A stretch of 64,000 nt of DNA, taken from assembly GCA_046563655.1 (NCBI GenBank), contig CM102283.1, forward strand, positions 5,332,001 through 5,396,000, written 5' to 3'. Positions 23,001 to 36,599 of this stretch are shown here, one piece after another; the first letter of the stretch is position 1; each line of letters opens with the position of its first letter. The stretch is from Yuukianura sp. NJ FZ-2021 (taxonomy: Eukaryota). The position numbers and the translations under genes were made by a program. The notes below the pieces were generated by a model. That model did not search any database. It saw only the letters and a program-made list of their open reading frames with translations, and was not told where the DNA came from.

Positions 23001-26000
23001 GTAAAATCCAGATGGGATTGGAGAGTGTTGGAATCCATTTTGCAGAAGAGCCGAGAAAGATGGAATGGTGTTTGTGGAAAGTCTGTTTGTTTTGATTTTA
23101 GTACTGGTGGAGGTCGTGTTTTGTGGAAGTGGGGCGGTGTTCGTTTCTGGTTAAGAGAGATAAAAGACACTTTGGAGCGGGAGGGAGGGTGCGGATTTTA
23201 TTTTAAGAGGCGCATATGTGACACTTTCCCTGTGTAAGGGATAATAAGGTGGCTGGAGTGGTGGTGGGGCTTAAGCACCAGGAGACTTCTGGGGAAGTGG
23301 GTTTAGGTGGGGCTGTGAAGTGTTTGAAAATATGAGTCGTCGTGGGACCACAATGGAATGCCTCTCTCTCGCTTTCTTCCTCCATTTCCCTTCTGAGAGG
23401 ATTTCACTTTATAATGGAGGAGGAGATAAGAGATTTACGATGTAGGGCCACGATGGTTGCCAACAGCAACATCTCGTCTATCAAATCTCCAGCAGTGTTC
23501 CGACACCGAGGGAGCGTTCAAATATAATGTAAAGTCTTATCAGAAAACTTACACACACCTTTGGACTTGTAACCGTGGCGACGGGGGTAATAATAATACT
23601 CTCAACCCGTGAAAAATTTTAGGTGGCACGGCGGCCTAATTTTGGATTTGCGCGGGAAAATTCAAAGGAAACGAAATCTGGAGTCGAGGTTAGTGTCATA
23701 GTAAACCCGTCGTAAAAAAGATAGCTCAGACGCCATGTTGGAGTGAGGGAGGGAGGTGTGGTAATGGGTAGTGGTAGAACACTTCTGGATCTGGACGGAA
23801 TCTTGTGCACGACGGAATGTTGTTTTAAGCGCGGACAGTAATGGACGGAACGACGGAAGTGTCGGACGTGATGTTTATGTAAGGACGCGGGCTTTTAAAA
23901 TCCTGTGAGTAAATATCCGTCCAGAACTGTCCGTCGCTCGTAATGGATTTGTTTTTAACTGTTATCTGGAACAAGGAAATATGAGGAGCTTAATGGATTT
24001 TGGGTAACGGGACTCACCTTAGGTCCATACCAACACCACAAGAACCTCCGACCAATAAATTGCGGGGGATATAAAATGTTTTGAAAATGGCGCCATAATT
24101 TGCAACCGCCTACTCAAAACGGAGAGAAAGCGCACAGGTGAAAGTAAAGGAAAATTGAATTTAAAAAAAAGTTTAAATTTAAAATAGGAGCGAAGGAAGC
24201 AGGAAAAAGTGAGAAGGACATTCATGTAAATGAGATTTAAATGGGAAAATGTACTGCTGCTGGAATTTTTTTTTCCAAATGTTGGTTCTTGGAAAGCGGG
24301 ATTTTTGAATTTCCAGGAACGTGGGTTTATTAAATTGGGAATTAAAGTCAGGGCAGTTTGTGCTGCTAGGGTTTCCTTATTTTCAAGAAAAAAATTCATT
24401 CCAGGAGGCATGCACTTAAGTTTCCTCGGGAGTCGCATGTTTATTTCCGGCTTTTCTGTAACAAGCTTTTTCCTCCTTTTAAGTGTCTCACTGGAGGATT
24501 TGAAGTTTGGCGCGCTAGTGTACAGCTTTTGTAGCTTTCAAACGGGTGATGTTAAAAATGAAACATTTTTGGTGTGCTGCGAAGCATAACAATTGACATG
24601 GACGAACAGCGTTTTTAGTGTTAACTCTTAAAACGTGCGTTTTCAAAAACAGGCTCCTAATTCCACTTCACTTTTAACGCATTTTGGGCGGGTTGTTGGA
24701 TTCCTGCCAGTGAAAATTTTAAAACTGAAATCGCAAACGTACGACAGCTGCAACCTGGAAGCGTTTTAAGAGTTCATCCACTTATTACGCCACCAAAAAC
24801 CACTTTCTCCACAAAAAAAAATTGTATAAGCTTTTCCTTAATTTTTTTTCTTTTATACGAAGTTAAGTGAAGTTAAGTTTTAGAAAAATTTGATACCGTG
24901 AAACAAATACGCCTTATATAGATACGCCCGGACGTTTACTAAAAATTCCAACTTTTGTGTCTGGGCTTTTTACTCAAAATCTCAACTTTTGTGCCCGGGC
25001 GTTTATTCGAAATTTAAAGTAAAAAGTTGAAATTTTGAGTCAACACTCGAGTGTAAAATTACACGGGCGTTTACTCAAAATCTGAGCTTTTACCCCTGGC
25101 GCCTGTTGGATGCATGCGTTTATTGGAAGTTCTACGGTATAAGAAATTTCTGTAATAAAAATTTCTCATCCATGTCATCCCCTCACTAGTGATGTAATGA
25201 CATGATAAATGGATGGATCTAGGCTTCCAAAGGCTTTTAATTTTGTTTCCTTTTATTAGATTTTTTCCCTGGACAATTTACGTTACGTTACGTTACGTCT
25301 TGCGTTGGTAGGGCTAGTGTTTTCATGTGTTGGGTTCCCAATTAGCAGAAGAGACTTTCCCTGTAAGAGGCTTGTGGTTGAGAAATACGGTTTTCTGGAG
25401 GATTGTGAGCTTTTGTATGTCTTGACAATTGGGAGTTGCTGTCATTTGAGTCTCCTGGGAATTCCTAATTCCTTCATCTGTCTCCTGTTTCTCCGAGTGT
25501 CGATGGACACAAGGAAACTGGAAAATCGTGTCGGGTGTCGAAGTGCCTTTGTTGGGCTGTCAGGGTGGCTCCAAGGTTGTATTGTGTGGAGTGGACTACT
25601 AGTCTACAACTAGGAACTAGACTAACCTAACCCTGGTATTGGTGGATGTGGTGGTGGTGGCTTGGGGGGCACAATGGGCGGGAGGGTTTGAGTGCGGCAA
25701 GGGGGGACGAAACTCTATTGATTTCTGGCTGCCTTGTACGCTCACTTTCTCGGTGCACTTTCACCCGCCATTCCATTCAACGCCACTTGCCAGAGGCATA
25801 CCTCAATCCCTTATCTTCTTCTTCCAAGATGACAAGGATGACAACAGAAATCATCAATGCCAAGCTCGCAAATCCCTATCCGATCGTTTTCCGATTCCCG
25901 AATTTCGGTTTTTACGGAAATTTGCGGGTGAAATCATAACGGAAGCCAAAATTTCATGTTGGGCGTACCGAAAATTTATAGAATATGCGAGGGAAAGTTC

Positions 26001-29000
26001 GGTTATAAAAATTTTCTTTTACGGTTTTACGGTTTTACGTTTTTTTACGGAGGAAGTATAGCAGCTTTAGCTTTTTCCTTTTCTATTAGAATGACGCATG
26101 AGAGTGCTTGAAGTTTTTGATTTTAAGTTCAATTTACAACTTGAGAGATGCGCAACTGAATTGATTGATGCAGCTTGAATTCATTGAATTGAAATTTTCG
26201 ATTTGAATGAAATTTTGTATATTAAATGGTACTTACCGGTTGGTTGAGAATGTCAGAATGCGAGTTGTTGGCTTACAATATCCGTAGTTATTCGCTCAAC
26301 TTTGTTTAACTGAGGCACCGCCCTATGATTTGACAGTTGCACAACCAAAAATTAGTATTTTTTTTTACTTGTGTGTAGTTTGAGCGTGGACTAACTAATA
26401 CTTGTGCTAAGGCAAGGGCAGAGCAGTGTTGAGGTGACCTGGGGGCTGTGCTGGTGCAGGGACAAGGTCGAGGAAGGAAGAAAGCGGAGTGTGTGTGTGG
26501 TGAAAAGCCGTGATTTAAACGTGCTTGTGGAATTTAAAAAGGCGAGTGGCGGAGAAAGTGAGTGACTGAAGGCTGGGGCTGGAAGGGAGACAGAGGCTGG
26601 GGGAATTGTCGATTTTTAGGAGGCGCATGCACTTTGTTTGGTGCGGAGAAAGTGTCCTTTGTTTAGACTTCGGAAGGGGAGGGGGACTGGGGGGAATCAA
26701 TTATTTCATTAGGGACCAAAGGCAGAAAGCACTAATTAAATCCTGGCACTCGTTCTTCACTCAAATGAAACCATTCAAACCACACACGACCAGCAGTTCA
26801 AACACTCCCGCTTTCCCTTTTTAACTAAACTTACATCATATCATGATGGGCTTTTTAGAAAAGCAAATTCATGAGGAGGTCATGCGCCTGCTTTCTTTTT
26901 AACTGAATTAAAGCAATTAATTTTAATTTTGATTTGAATTTAATTAAGTTTCAAGTATGTAGAACTAATTTGGTTTTAATTAAAACTAATTTTTGTTAAT
27001 TTGGTTGTGGCTGTATTAGTTTTGAAGATTTGCTAAATTTGAAATTTGCAAATAAGCTTCTAACTAATTTTGAAAATTTGTTGGATTCTGGATTTTTAAA
27101 GCTTCTGAAAACTGGTTTTGAAAATTGGCTGAATTCTGGTTTTGGAAACACATATGTCCTAGCTCGTGCTTAACTTTTGTTAGTTTTGAATGCTACAGCC
27201 AAATATGTTGAAGATGATGCTTTTATTGTTCCTTTTGGAAATTTTGTTTATTTTGGGGCATTTACAAGTTGGTTGGCAATTTTCCACTGGGCTGCGACTG
27301 CTCTGTAGATCCAGTCCCATATTAAAACCTACAGTGTGTTTACACTACATTTCCCCCATTCATTCCTACCACTTTCCCTTTTGAATTTGAGTGCCTCATG
27401 CAAACAGATTCAGAGAGGTACTTAAGAGTACAGAGTACACAAAGACAAGATCGGAAGGTGCGGATTGAGATTTGAGAGTTGCTCATTAGGTGTTAAACCT
27501 TGGAGAAATGAGTTGCTTAATCAAATCATGCTGTGTATCACACTACGACCTCACCTTATAGGTTTTCAGATCCTGAACTGACCGGTATTTCCAAGGTCTG
27601 CAAAATCCAGACGACCTCTTTTATTCACTTTGATGATTTTTTGAGCATACGAAGAGTAAATGAGAACTGGGACTGGTTAGTGGGAAAGTTTTTAAAAGTT
27701 TGGAGAATACTTGATATTGATCAAATTCCAAAAATTTCAATCAAGATTTAATGATGCTTCATGAAAAGCTTCAAGAAAGAAAATTTTCTTTTAAATGGAA
27801 ATGTTTTTTTTTTAACGAAATTGGAAAAATGTGGTTTGAAAAACTGGGACTTGTTTGAATTCCGTGTCGTACAAATGTCTAACTCGTTAACATTGGCACT
27901 GGGTTTTCCAGATTGGAATTGTAGGGAGTAGAAGTTACATGTAACAAGGGAAAATCAATTTCAATTACCAATTTTGAATGCGTCTGTTCGAAGAAGCTGA
28001 CGTTGGTCTCTGCTGTTCTTTGAAACCCAATGGTTTGCCGCCACAAAAAAACTGTTGTTGAATAAAATGTTGTTTCTGTTGACGTGTGTTGTGAAGATGG
28101 TGTTTGGTGGCTGCTGGTAAGTTGTGAACTGAGCGTCTGTGGACCTCCCTCCATCTTCTTTATCCGAAGAACAGAGTGGTCCATTGAGAGATGTCTGTTT
28201 TCCTTTTCATTTTTTCCTGTTTTGGTCTTTTTGGGTAGTTTGGCTCCTTTCAAGATCCCTTTGAGTGATACACTTTGGCACTCTTAAAATTGTTTCAAAA
28301 GTGTCATTGTTTTAAGGACACAAGGACATAGTACAGAGTTGTCCAGGGCAACGTGTGAATCCAACTGCGTGTGTGTCAGCTTTTACTTTGGTAATTTCAA
28401 ACAAGGTTTGGATGTGAGCTGGTGTTTGAACGTTGAAAGTCGTAAAATCCGAGTCTCCTTAGCTGATTGGATAATTTGGAAATTGATTGTGAGATGGAGA
28501 TGCTAGATTGCATTGTGAGTTGGTAATTGGAATTGGAAGCATAGTTAAGTTCTTTCAAGCGGCTAAATAGACTTGTTAAGGGAGCAGTTTGGCATGATTC
28601 ACGAAAAAGGAACTGGGCGGTGGTACTTTGGCCGGTCCATGTTTTGCCATGGACTGCTTATTCCCGAGGGAAACATGTCACATTTATGTGTTTTTTTGGA
28701 CGATGTGGGGACTAGTGAACATAAAATACTGCCAAGCATAATGTTGTACAATACACTTTTTCTATGGAATAAATTTGGATTTAGAGTTTTGGAGAAAGAC
28801 AGGTTGGAGTGCCGCGGGGGTCAAAGGTTAAAGCTTTTTGGGTGCCGAAATTCCTCAAAGGCGTTAAAAGTCAAAGTGAATTTTATGCTGGAGTGATGAG
28901 AAATGTTGCTTATGCGCATGTCGTTTTCTATATGACCCTGAAGCGTGAGATCAGTGACAGTTGACACCCGTTTGAACTACTGTCAGTGCTCAACTGTCAC

Positions 29001-31091
29001 TTTTCATTTCCTTCTTGCATCTTTTCTACATTTTTCCCAGGGAGCTTTTTCCCGAATTTCAGAGGAAGAGAACAGGAAATGAAAAACTTCAAAACTGGAG
29101 GGTGAAGTGAATTTTTTGAAGTAAAAAAAATCCTATCAAATTATAGAAACGTATCTCTCAAAGTGTCAAGGAAATTGTCAAAGAAAACAAGGCGCCTATA
29201 TGTTGCAGGCTGCGGTACATAAAGCAATGCTTTTTACCAGGTTCAATTTTTTTTCCAATTGCTAATACGGTATGACGCTTTTGCAGAGTGGTTTTTACAC
29301 CCTTTGAACTCTTTCCTAGAAAAATGCAAATTGGAAGCAGTTGTTGCAAATTCATACTTGCAGAAGAAAAGTGGAATTATGCTTTTGAAAGTGTGGAACT
29401 TGAAATGAACTTTATGAATATAAGCCGCAAAAGATGTAATTGCGAAGTAACTATATTTTTTAATTTATGAGTCCCATAACTAGTATGACTTGTCCACGAA
29501 AACTTTACTTAATTCACAAGCTATACATGTTATTGTGTTTTGATTTTTTAGTTTTCTTTGGAAGCGGGTGCCTGAGGAGATGTATTTTTTGTGTGATGTT
29601 TAAATTGTCGTTGCTATTGGGAAACCGGTTTTTGATGAACTGAAGATGATAAGAAGGATGGCACATGAAGATTTGAAAAAAGTCCATGGCTAAGCAACTT
29701 TTGGCAAAGTGTTAATTTTTATAATTGTAGTAAACCAGAGCAGTGGCTTTGGCAGATGAATTTATACGGTGCTGGTCCATAATTAATTGTACTTTTCGAT
29801 TGAATGCTGCACCTTTATGAGCAAGAGATGTAAATTAGATGTTGAGCACGCGATTCAAACTGCGCAGTAGATTGATTTCTTTGTCACGATCTTTATAGAG
29901 GAAATTAACGAAGCAGTCCTCTTAGGTATTTAGGTACTTGTTAGTTGTATGAGAGATTGGCAAAGTTGTTTACAATTTTGGAACTAAACAATTGTGCACA
30001 AAAAACTACCTAAGAAAAACAAAGCGTTTTATGATGAATTTAACGAATGGTTGAACTTATAAATAGAAATAAATAGAAATCCTTTTAAAATTGTCATTTT
30101 GTTTGTTCTTTTATAGTGGGAGGAAGCCAGGGTCAGCCTGGGCCACCGAGGACACTCAACGTTTTGCACAATTCGGACTACCCTGCCACGACTTTTGCTC
30201 TCCTCGAAGTCCCACTACCGAACATGCAACAACAAGCTGCTGCTGGCCAGCCAATTCAAACTTCGTACAAAACTGTTTCACTTGTAGCAGACAGTCTTTT
30301 TGATCTCATCGTTCCGAAACTCCAACCAACCTACACTCCGAAGAAGATCAAAATTGAGTCGAAAGGACCACGATTCGAAGTGGGGGACTTCGTGGTCAAA
30401 CTAGGCAGTGTCATCATGTCGCAGAGCTTCAAAGGCATTCTCGTAGAGGTCAGTGATAATTCCGATATAAAACTTATTTAAAACTTATTTAATTTCGTTG
30501 GAATACATTTTGAAACGTTTTTTTCCCAATTCTTATACGAAATTATGATGAAACGTTTTTAATTCGAATTTGTTTTCGTGATTTCAGGTGGAGTATCGCC
30601 CTTGCGTGGTTGCTGAAAGTTGCTGGGAGCTTCTGATGGAATTTGTCCAAGGAGTTTTAGGACAGAATGCTCAGACGATGATTCCCAGAACACTTCAGGT
30701 AATTGGTTGAGTAATCTTCAAACTTCTCTGATCTGTACTCTTACTTTTCCGTTGTCCTATCGAAGTTGCTAGGAAAATCTAAGTTTTTCCAAAGTCGACT
30801 AAAGGTTCTAATGAAATACTTTGTTAGAAAGTTTTTCTAGTTGAAAGGCCTTTGAAAAACTTTTGACTTTGTTCATTTGAGTTCTTGTGTTTCAAAGAAA
30901 TGAGAATTCAGAGAGGTTTTGAGCAATTTCGAGTCTTACGCGACGTAAGATCGGAGTCGGTTCGAAAATCTCAAGTGTTTGTGTTTTGATTTGACCAGAC
31001 ACGGATGAAGGACGTGTACATCCCCTTGGACACAATGCATCAATACATGGATCAATTCACTGGCTTCAGAAAAGCATCTGGGATCCGATAA
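14097..31091 (+). CDS. MED20: Mediator complex subunit 20; exons 14097-14110, 14287-14429, 30117-30448, 30588-30698, 30999-31091
   Basis: Spliced product MGVSVLQVY..GHFVVDCDS..VLHNSDYPATTFALLE..KIESKGPRFEVGDFVVKLGSV..KGILVEVEYRPCVVAESCWELLMEF..DTMHQYMDQF..GIR matches the MED20 consensus. All splice phases are consistent. Confidence 0.93.
15394..21802 (-). CDS. Facilitated trehalose transporter Tret1-like (MFS sugar porter); exons 21802-21734 (tentative), 19203-19081, 18425-18204, 18113-17670, 17274-17175, 17105-16877, 16198-15394
   Basis: Sugar-porter motifs GYTSPAL, FGRK, YVSEISHPEIRG, IPETP, IDTAGRLPLL, GIGPISWLLVGELFP and VPETKG; in-phase GT-AG junctions. Confidence 0.9.
20410..21260 (-). 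mobile_element. HINE/DINE-1-like non-autonomous element containing the minisatellite
   Basis: The minus strand starts with the hairpin ATAATAGCGAAGCTATTAT followed by a (GTCY)n microsatellite; repeated TGACCTTTGACCCGGAAG. Left boundary approximate. Confidence 0.5.
20651..20781. repeat. 23-bp minisatellite GTGTGTTCCCCGGGGGAGAGGGA, ~5.7 copies
   Basis: Direct tandem repeats inside a GC-rich island (20455-20900). Confidence 0.9.
24894..25139. mobile_element. Possible Tc1/pogo-type MITE
   Basis: Ends TACCGT..ACGGTA; internal repeats of GGGCGTTTACTCAAAA. Confidence 0.45.
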
Positions 31092-32828
31092 TTTTCCAAT
31101 AGATGTATACCCTGTAAGAATGTTAACTATTAAGTAGAACTATTTTTTTTTTACTTCATACTAAATACGAGCGATGGGGATTCCTTTGTTGCTTATTACA
31201 ACGATAATTTAGAGCAACAATATCGGAACGAGGGTAAAACGCAGCAACCAAACAAACCAAACCAAACAACTGAAAATTCCTTCTTCTTTTTTTTGCATGT
31301 ATTTGCGATGTAATTTGCTTTACCAACAAGAAAAAATTTTCTGTAAAAAAATTTTTTTTGTTAGTGTTGAGTTTGGGCTTAAGGTGACCACTAAAGGGGT
31401 CACATGCAGCGGAAGTCTAGAAATGAGGATACCTCTGGAAACGTGCCAAATTTCTGGGGGAGGGGGCAAAGTCAACATGCCACTACTATACTTTGTAAGG
31501 GTCAGTAAGGTCAAAGGGTCACTTTGAGTAAGTGCCCTACCCTGATGACCTCTTAGCGAAGGGGCGCGGTCACTTGGCGCTGAAAAGGCCAATTATTTTT
31601 GTAGGTATCGAAGTTATGGCCCTTAAGGGTTCCGAAGATCCGGTCAGCAGATCCACTTCGCCGCCCTGAGTAGTCGCAACTACTCGCGTCGGCGGCGCGG
31701 AGTGGACGCTGAAAGGGGCACCTAAGAATCAAGGGCCGACTTAACTGTGCGCCCCGCCTCCTTGGGTCAGTCGCAACTGCCGGCGGTGGAGGTGCAAGGT
31801 GCACTAACGGGATTCCGGGGGCGGGAGTCCTAAGCTTTTGACGGGTGAAACCCGTCCAGGAGCCGACAGGCTCTGCGCCCTTCCCAGTCCCAACCTGGGT
31901 AACCAATAATCTAATTGTTCAAGTTTTGTTTGTTATGTACGTTGGCTTTTTGTTTCCTTAACTGCTGAAGGGGTCCAAGTCTCCCAAGTTGTTTACTGAG
32001 TAGTCCCTTGGCTGATGAGAGAGATGGAGAGCGAAGAGGCGAAGCAGTGAAGTTAGATTTCAGAATTTATTATTTTTGTCAAAAGAAAGAAGAAAAGGAA
32101 ATTTTGAAAATTTTAGCAAATTTTAAATCTATGTACTCGAAATATTTTCTTAAGAATCTAACAAAATTTTAAACTGAAGGGAATGATCGAGGAGCTGCAC
32201 ACTTGCAGCCTATATTTATAGACGTAACATTTTGTTGCCACGCTGCGACGTTTTGGTCTGTCATTCAGTATTTTGTCTAATTTTTGAAACTTTGTAATTT
32301 TTAATCTAAAACCATGTTCAAGTCAACAGCAATCTCCGATTGTTGGTGCCTTGAGTGTTGGTTTCCCCCATGCCCCCTAATGTAACTACGAATTGAGTGT
32401 TGAACTCTTTTGATCCCATTAATGTCTCAGCCCTGGTCTTTTCTATCTAATTTACAACGCTTTTGGTTTTTCTACAATTTTGTCGAAATCTAGTAAACTT
32501 TTGAAAACAGCAAATGAATGAACTGAAGAAAACCGGTTCTAACCGGATCTAATTTAGATACTACCTAAATGCTCTTTTTCCAGGTGTAACGACTTGCATA
32601 ATATATGTATGTAATACATGTATATGTATATATACATATGTGTATAGGTATTTACGCAATATATACATAAAATACAATAATTATAATACATCAAAGTATG
32701 TAATTGTATGTAATTACTCACCTACCCCATCATTCGAACGAAGCGCCTCAGATGTACGCGTTGTGTTGACCCCTTAGACACCTTTCGCCTTGTGGGGGAG
32801 GGGGCGTGGTAGGCAGGTCAACGTGCCG

Positions 32829-33240
32829 CTGTGCATTACTCCACCCATAGAGCACGCATAACATAATAAGCACACATGACAATCTACTGTTACCACGTTG
32901 TAACCACGAGAGGCGTAGCCTGAAATCGAAAGTAGAATTCGTTTTAAAGTTGTTGTGGTGTTATACCTATAAAAATAGATAAAACTCAAATATAAGATAG
33001 CATTACTCCTTCTTGGTTGTGTAACCCATGCTTAGTCGGCACTTTGTTGGAGTCCATGTGTGATAACTTTTAGGTGAATTCCGGCGTAGCAGCCGAAGTT
33101 TATTGGTACAACATCGGATATGTAGAGCGCATCGTCCTCTCTGTCATATACAACAAAGCAGTTATTGTTGAACGGAGAGTTAACATTTATGTTAGTGCTG
33201 TCAGGTATAGTCACAGCAATACCTCTAATCAGGGTTTATT
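32829..33240 (-). pseudogene. Pancreatic-lipase-family gene fragment, copy 1
   Basis: LKVITHGLQQSAD*AWV, then after a putative intron GYASRGYNVVTVD. This resembles the lipase motifs IIHGW and YNVIxVDW. In-frame stop. Confidence 0.45.
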
Positions 33241-33262
33241 GACAGCGAAAACGCTTTTAGTA

Positions 33263-33714
33263 GGTTACGGAATAAGCCGATTATGGAGGGTGTTCTGGAA
33301 TAAACGTTATTCTAGGTAGCTCGCTATTTGGAGGAAGAATTAACTTTTATTCAGAAAGTTTAGTTGGGTTGAATGAACTCTGGTTCGTTCGCAGAACGAA
33401 CAGAGTTCTAGTAAGATTGAAACTTTGTCGAAGAGTGAATTGTATGAGGTCACGGCCGAGCCCTTTTTATAGGCATCGTACACGCGCCGTAAAGAACAAA
33501 AGACTAACGGTTAACGGTTTGAAAATCTATTTTCAAATACAAACTGGTTTGAACTAGAATGTTGTGTGCAAAAACAGATAGTTTGCAGAAAGAACAAAAG
33601 ATTAAAGACAATGAACTCTAACTTAGACGTAGAGAACTCTGGTTTTAACTGGATTACTAAAGATTTGCAGAAGTAAAGATTACCATAATTTTTCTTGTTG
33701 TCTACTTCGTAACA
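33263..33714 (-). mobile_element. LTR-like repeat of the same family as 49307-49674
   Basis: Ends (G)GTTACG..CGTAACA; minus-strand TATAAAA and AATAAA; shares GAACTCTGGTYCGTTCGCAGAACG and GGTCACGGCCGAGCCCTT with the 49-kb copy. No TSD seen. Confidence 0.6.
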
Positions 33715-33998
33715 AGGGGCATGAGATCACTAGAACTATACGGGAGGAGAAAATTTAGCATTTTCCCACTACTGAGGCGTTTGTTTGTTTTTGAAAAACA
33801 CAAAATCAAAAAAGAATCCTTGATGACAATTCTGTAACACTGAAAGAATCTCAAAATCGAGGTAATTGTAAAATTAGAATTGTGGGTTTTCTTAAGTGTC
33901 AAAATTGGGCAAATGTTGGGCATAATTGGAACTGTGTACAACTGTAAAATCTCAAAGTCGAGAATTGCTTGTGCATTTCGTTAGCAAAAAGTTAAACG

Positions 33999-34900
33999 TT
34001 ATAGTTTCTTATTAACTTGCGTCTGGCTGCGATTTTTCTGAGTTAATTTCTTTGCAGAATCCGGCCCTACGGGTTCCACTTGAGGCGAGAATGTACATAG
34101 ACTAACGGAATTTACAGTGCCACTGAAAGGGGCAATTGGAGGGTTATAAGAAACAGAATATCCCTGAAGAATTACTTTTTGATCGAACTTTGATCGAACT
34201 TTGGAAAGGCCACTGGAGATCGTTGGTCGATTTTGGTTGGGAATGATAAGTCTGCCCGGTTGTATAACTTTTCGTGGTGATCTTTTTGTTCGTTTCCGCG
34301 TAACTCTCTCGAAAGCTTCTTCATCTTTTTCTGTTTCATCAGTGTCAAATTCAGAGGTTATTTCACCTTCAGATCGAGTAGTATTTTGCACGTTGAAGAC
34401 TCCTTTCGATTTTGCAAGGTCAGCCCATGTTGGAATGGAGAGTGAAGTGCTGATGTTGGTAACTGGATTTTTCGGAACATTCTTTCGGTCATTTGTAGAG
34501 TTTGTAGCAAGTCTCTTCTTGCACTTACTAGCGAAGCGGTTAGTTCCATTGCAGAAATGGCATCGCTGTGCTTCTGTGTCAAGCTGGATAGTATGACGAC
34601 CCTCGTAATTCACTGGAATGACCTTGGAATTTCAGACTTTTCAACAGTAAGTTCCACAGTTGCCTCCCGCATGAACGTGTTGATGGGTTAGAGTTTTTCC
34701 AGAAGAGAGCGGAACTTATCTTCGAGGTGGTAAGAACTTTACCAAATCCACTGAGTGAAGTGACAATTGGATCATCAGGAATAAATGGAGGCACATTACG
34801 CCTGAAGATCTTTGAATAAGATCTAGTGAACGGTGAAACTGGAAGACAGGAGTCACCAACTGTGATTGTTCCGGAACCAATTGATCATCATCCATCAGTT
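33999..34900 (-). pseudogene. Non-LTR retrotransposon ORF1 remnant (L1/Tx1-like), frameshifted
   Basis: VPPFIPDDPIVTSLSGFGKV, then YEGR..RCHFCNGTNRFASKC (degenerate zinc knuckle). Confidence 0.6.
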
Positions 34901-35141
34901 ATTGATTGTGGGTCATCCAAGTCAGAAACAGCACTGAGGTAATCGAATAAACGATATCTTGGAAGGAATGGTAAAATAATACCATTGGCCTTTGCTGGAT
35001 TGATATCCAGCTCCATCTCGCCCTTCAAATGGGAAGGTAAAACTTACAGGTGGTCTGCAAGAACAGTTTTTGTTTGTTTGATTAATCACTAATCACTGGC
35101 ACTGATCCCCAGGTAGTGGTGAACATTATCTATCAGTTGAT

Positions 35142-35614
35142 TAGAGATGCCGCGATTCGAGGATTTTCCCGCATCGCCTATTCAGCGATTCTTTGAACCC
35201 CCTGAATCGCCTTCGCGATGCATCGTCCATATGCATCGCGATGCATCGCGATTCACCGTTCGTTCCAATTTAATAATATTTCCACCAGGCGCATGGTGGT
35301 TTTCACTATCTCCTTATGGAAATTACGGGTTAAAAGGTGTTTCCTATGTCCCAGTTGCTGTTTAAACTTATAAACTAATCTAACCTAACAAAGTCCAGGA
35401 AAAAAACTGTTTAGATCGGCTCGAATTTCTTCAAATTTTCAAAAAATAACTCAACTAATAGGGAAAAAATCAACTTTTTTGAATCGCTTAATGAATCGCG
35501 ATGCAAGCGATTCTCCACATTTGAAAAAGGGCGATTCTAGTGCATCGCGCAAAACACAAAAGGGGGTGAATCGCGGGCGATTCATCGCTCGAACGATTCA
35601 TCGCGGCATCCCTA
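35142..35614. mobile_element. hAT-type MITE
   Basis: TIRs TAGAGATGCCGCGAT / ATCGCGGCATCCCTA; perfect 8-bp TSD CAGTTGAT; subterminal GCGATTC/GAATCGC repeats. Confidence 0.9.
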
Positions 35615-35976
35615 CAGTTGATGTGTGAAAACTTTCAATCTGTGGTGTTTAGAGCAATGATTAATTAGTAATTAAGGAGAGACTGTAGTCACACTACCAG
35701 CGGATCCTCCTCCTCAACCTCCTGTTACTTCGGTTTGTTGTAGTGTTTTTTTTAAGAATAAAAAAAGAAGTTGTGTGTCTGTGACTTGGTCACAATTTGG
35801 CCTAACCTGAGCTGTCAATTGTTCAGAATGATAAAAGCTAACGGCATCTGCAAGGGAATTCCCAAAAATCCAAGATGGCGGCCATCCTTATCAGCATCTG
35901 CATCTACAATTACGTTTTAAAACGTTTTTTGATGACGTCATCACCCCCCCCTACTTCCGCACCCCCATACCCCCCA

Positions 35977-36597
35977 CTATATATCCCTTCCCCCTATATC
36001 CACCCCCCCCCCACGTGACCCTGCCCCCTTCAAAAAAAAATACAACAATGGAAATTTTGGCAACAATGAGACTTTAATAAAAAGTTTGAAATTTTTAGAA
36101 TTCATTAAAAAATAATTTCGAAAATAATTATAATAAAATAATAATTTTGTACATCTACTCGTCCTCGTCGTCGTGGTGGGATGAGTCGGTTTCTGGCCTT
36201 GCCTTCTCCGTGGGGGCAAAGCCGCGGCCCCTGGCAATTGAGCTCGCTTCATAAATTGTTGTTTTTTCCCTCTAGGCTGATTCAAGTGACGCCTCTTCGC
36301 CCCCTTTCCTATGATATGGTGTGAGGTATCAGGGCATCGGCAGTGTTCAATTTTGTAACGTTCTGAGATTGGTTGGGAGGAACTGGCGTATTTTCCCCAG
36401 AGAATTTGACCGCGTTCGATTGGTACTCGGGTACGAACCTTGACACCGCATTTTCCGTTCACCTGGCAAGCCTCGTACCTTATGTTGCGAACCTTTGGGT
36501 TGCATGCGTGATTAATGAATCGCGCAGCGTTGCCACGTTTTCGAGCGTCGATGTACACGTTTTTCCTGACTTCGAAGAGATAGTTTGTGAATACTGG
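35977..36597 (-). pseudogene. SET-domain lysine methyltransferase, C-terminal half (NSD/ASH1/Set2-like motifs)
   Basis: NYLFEV..YIDARKRGNAARFINHACNP..PIERGQIL..Y..CRC. The N-terminal SET motif is absent. Confidence 0.8.
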
Positions 36598-36599
36598 AA

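Noticed and set aside
22000-30000. Numerous 60-140-aa ORFs
   Set aside because: Intronic sequence with no recognisable domains or coherent exon chain. Non-coding Tret1 5' exons (e.g. a donor near 26235) are possible but unsupported.
31297-31910. GC-rich segment with ORFs after MED20
   Set aside because: Probably a repeat fragment; no termini, TSD or protein motif found.
32600-32720. TA-rich tract
   Set aside because: Simple low-complexity sequence.
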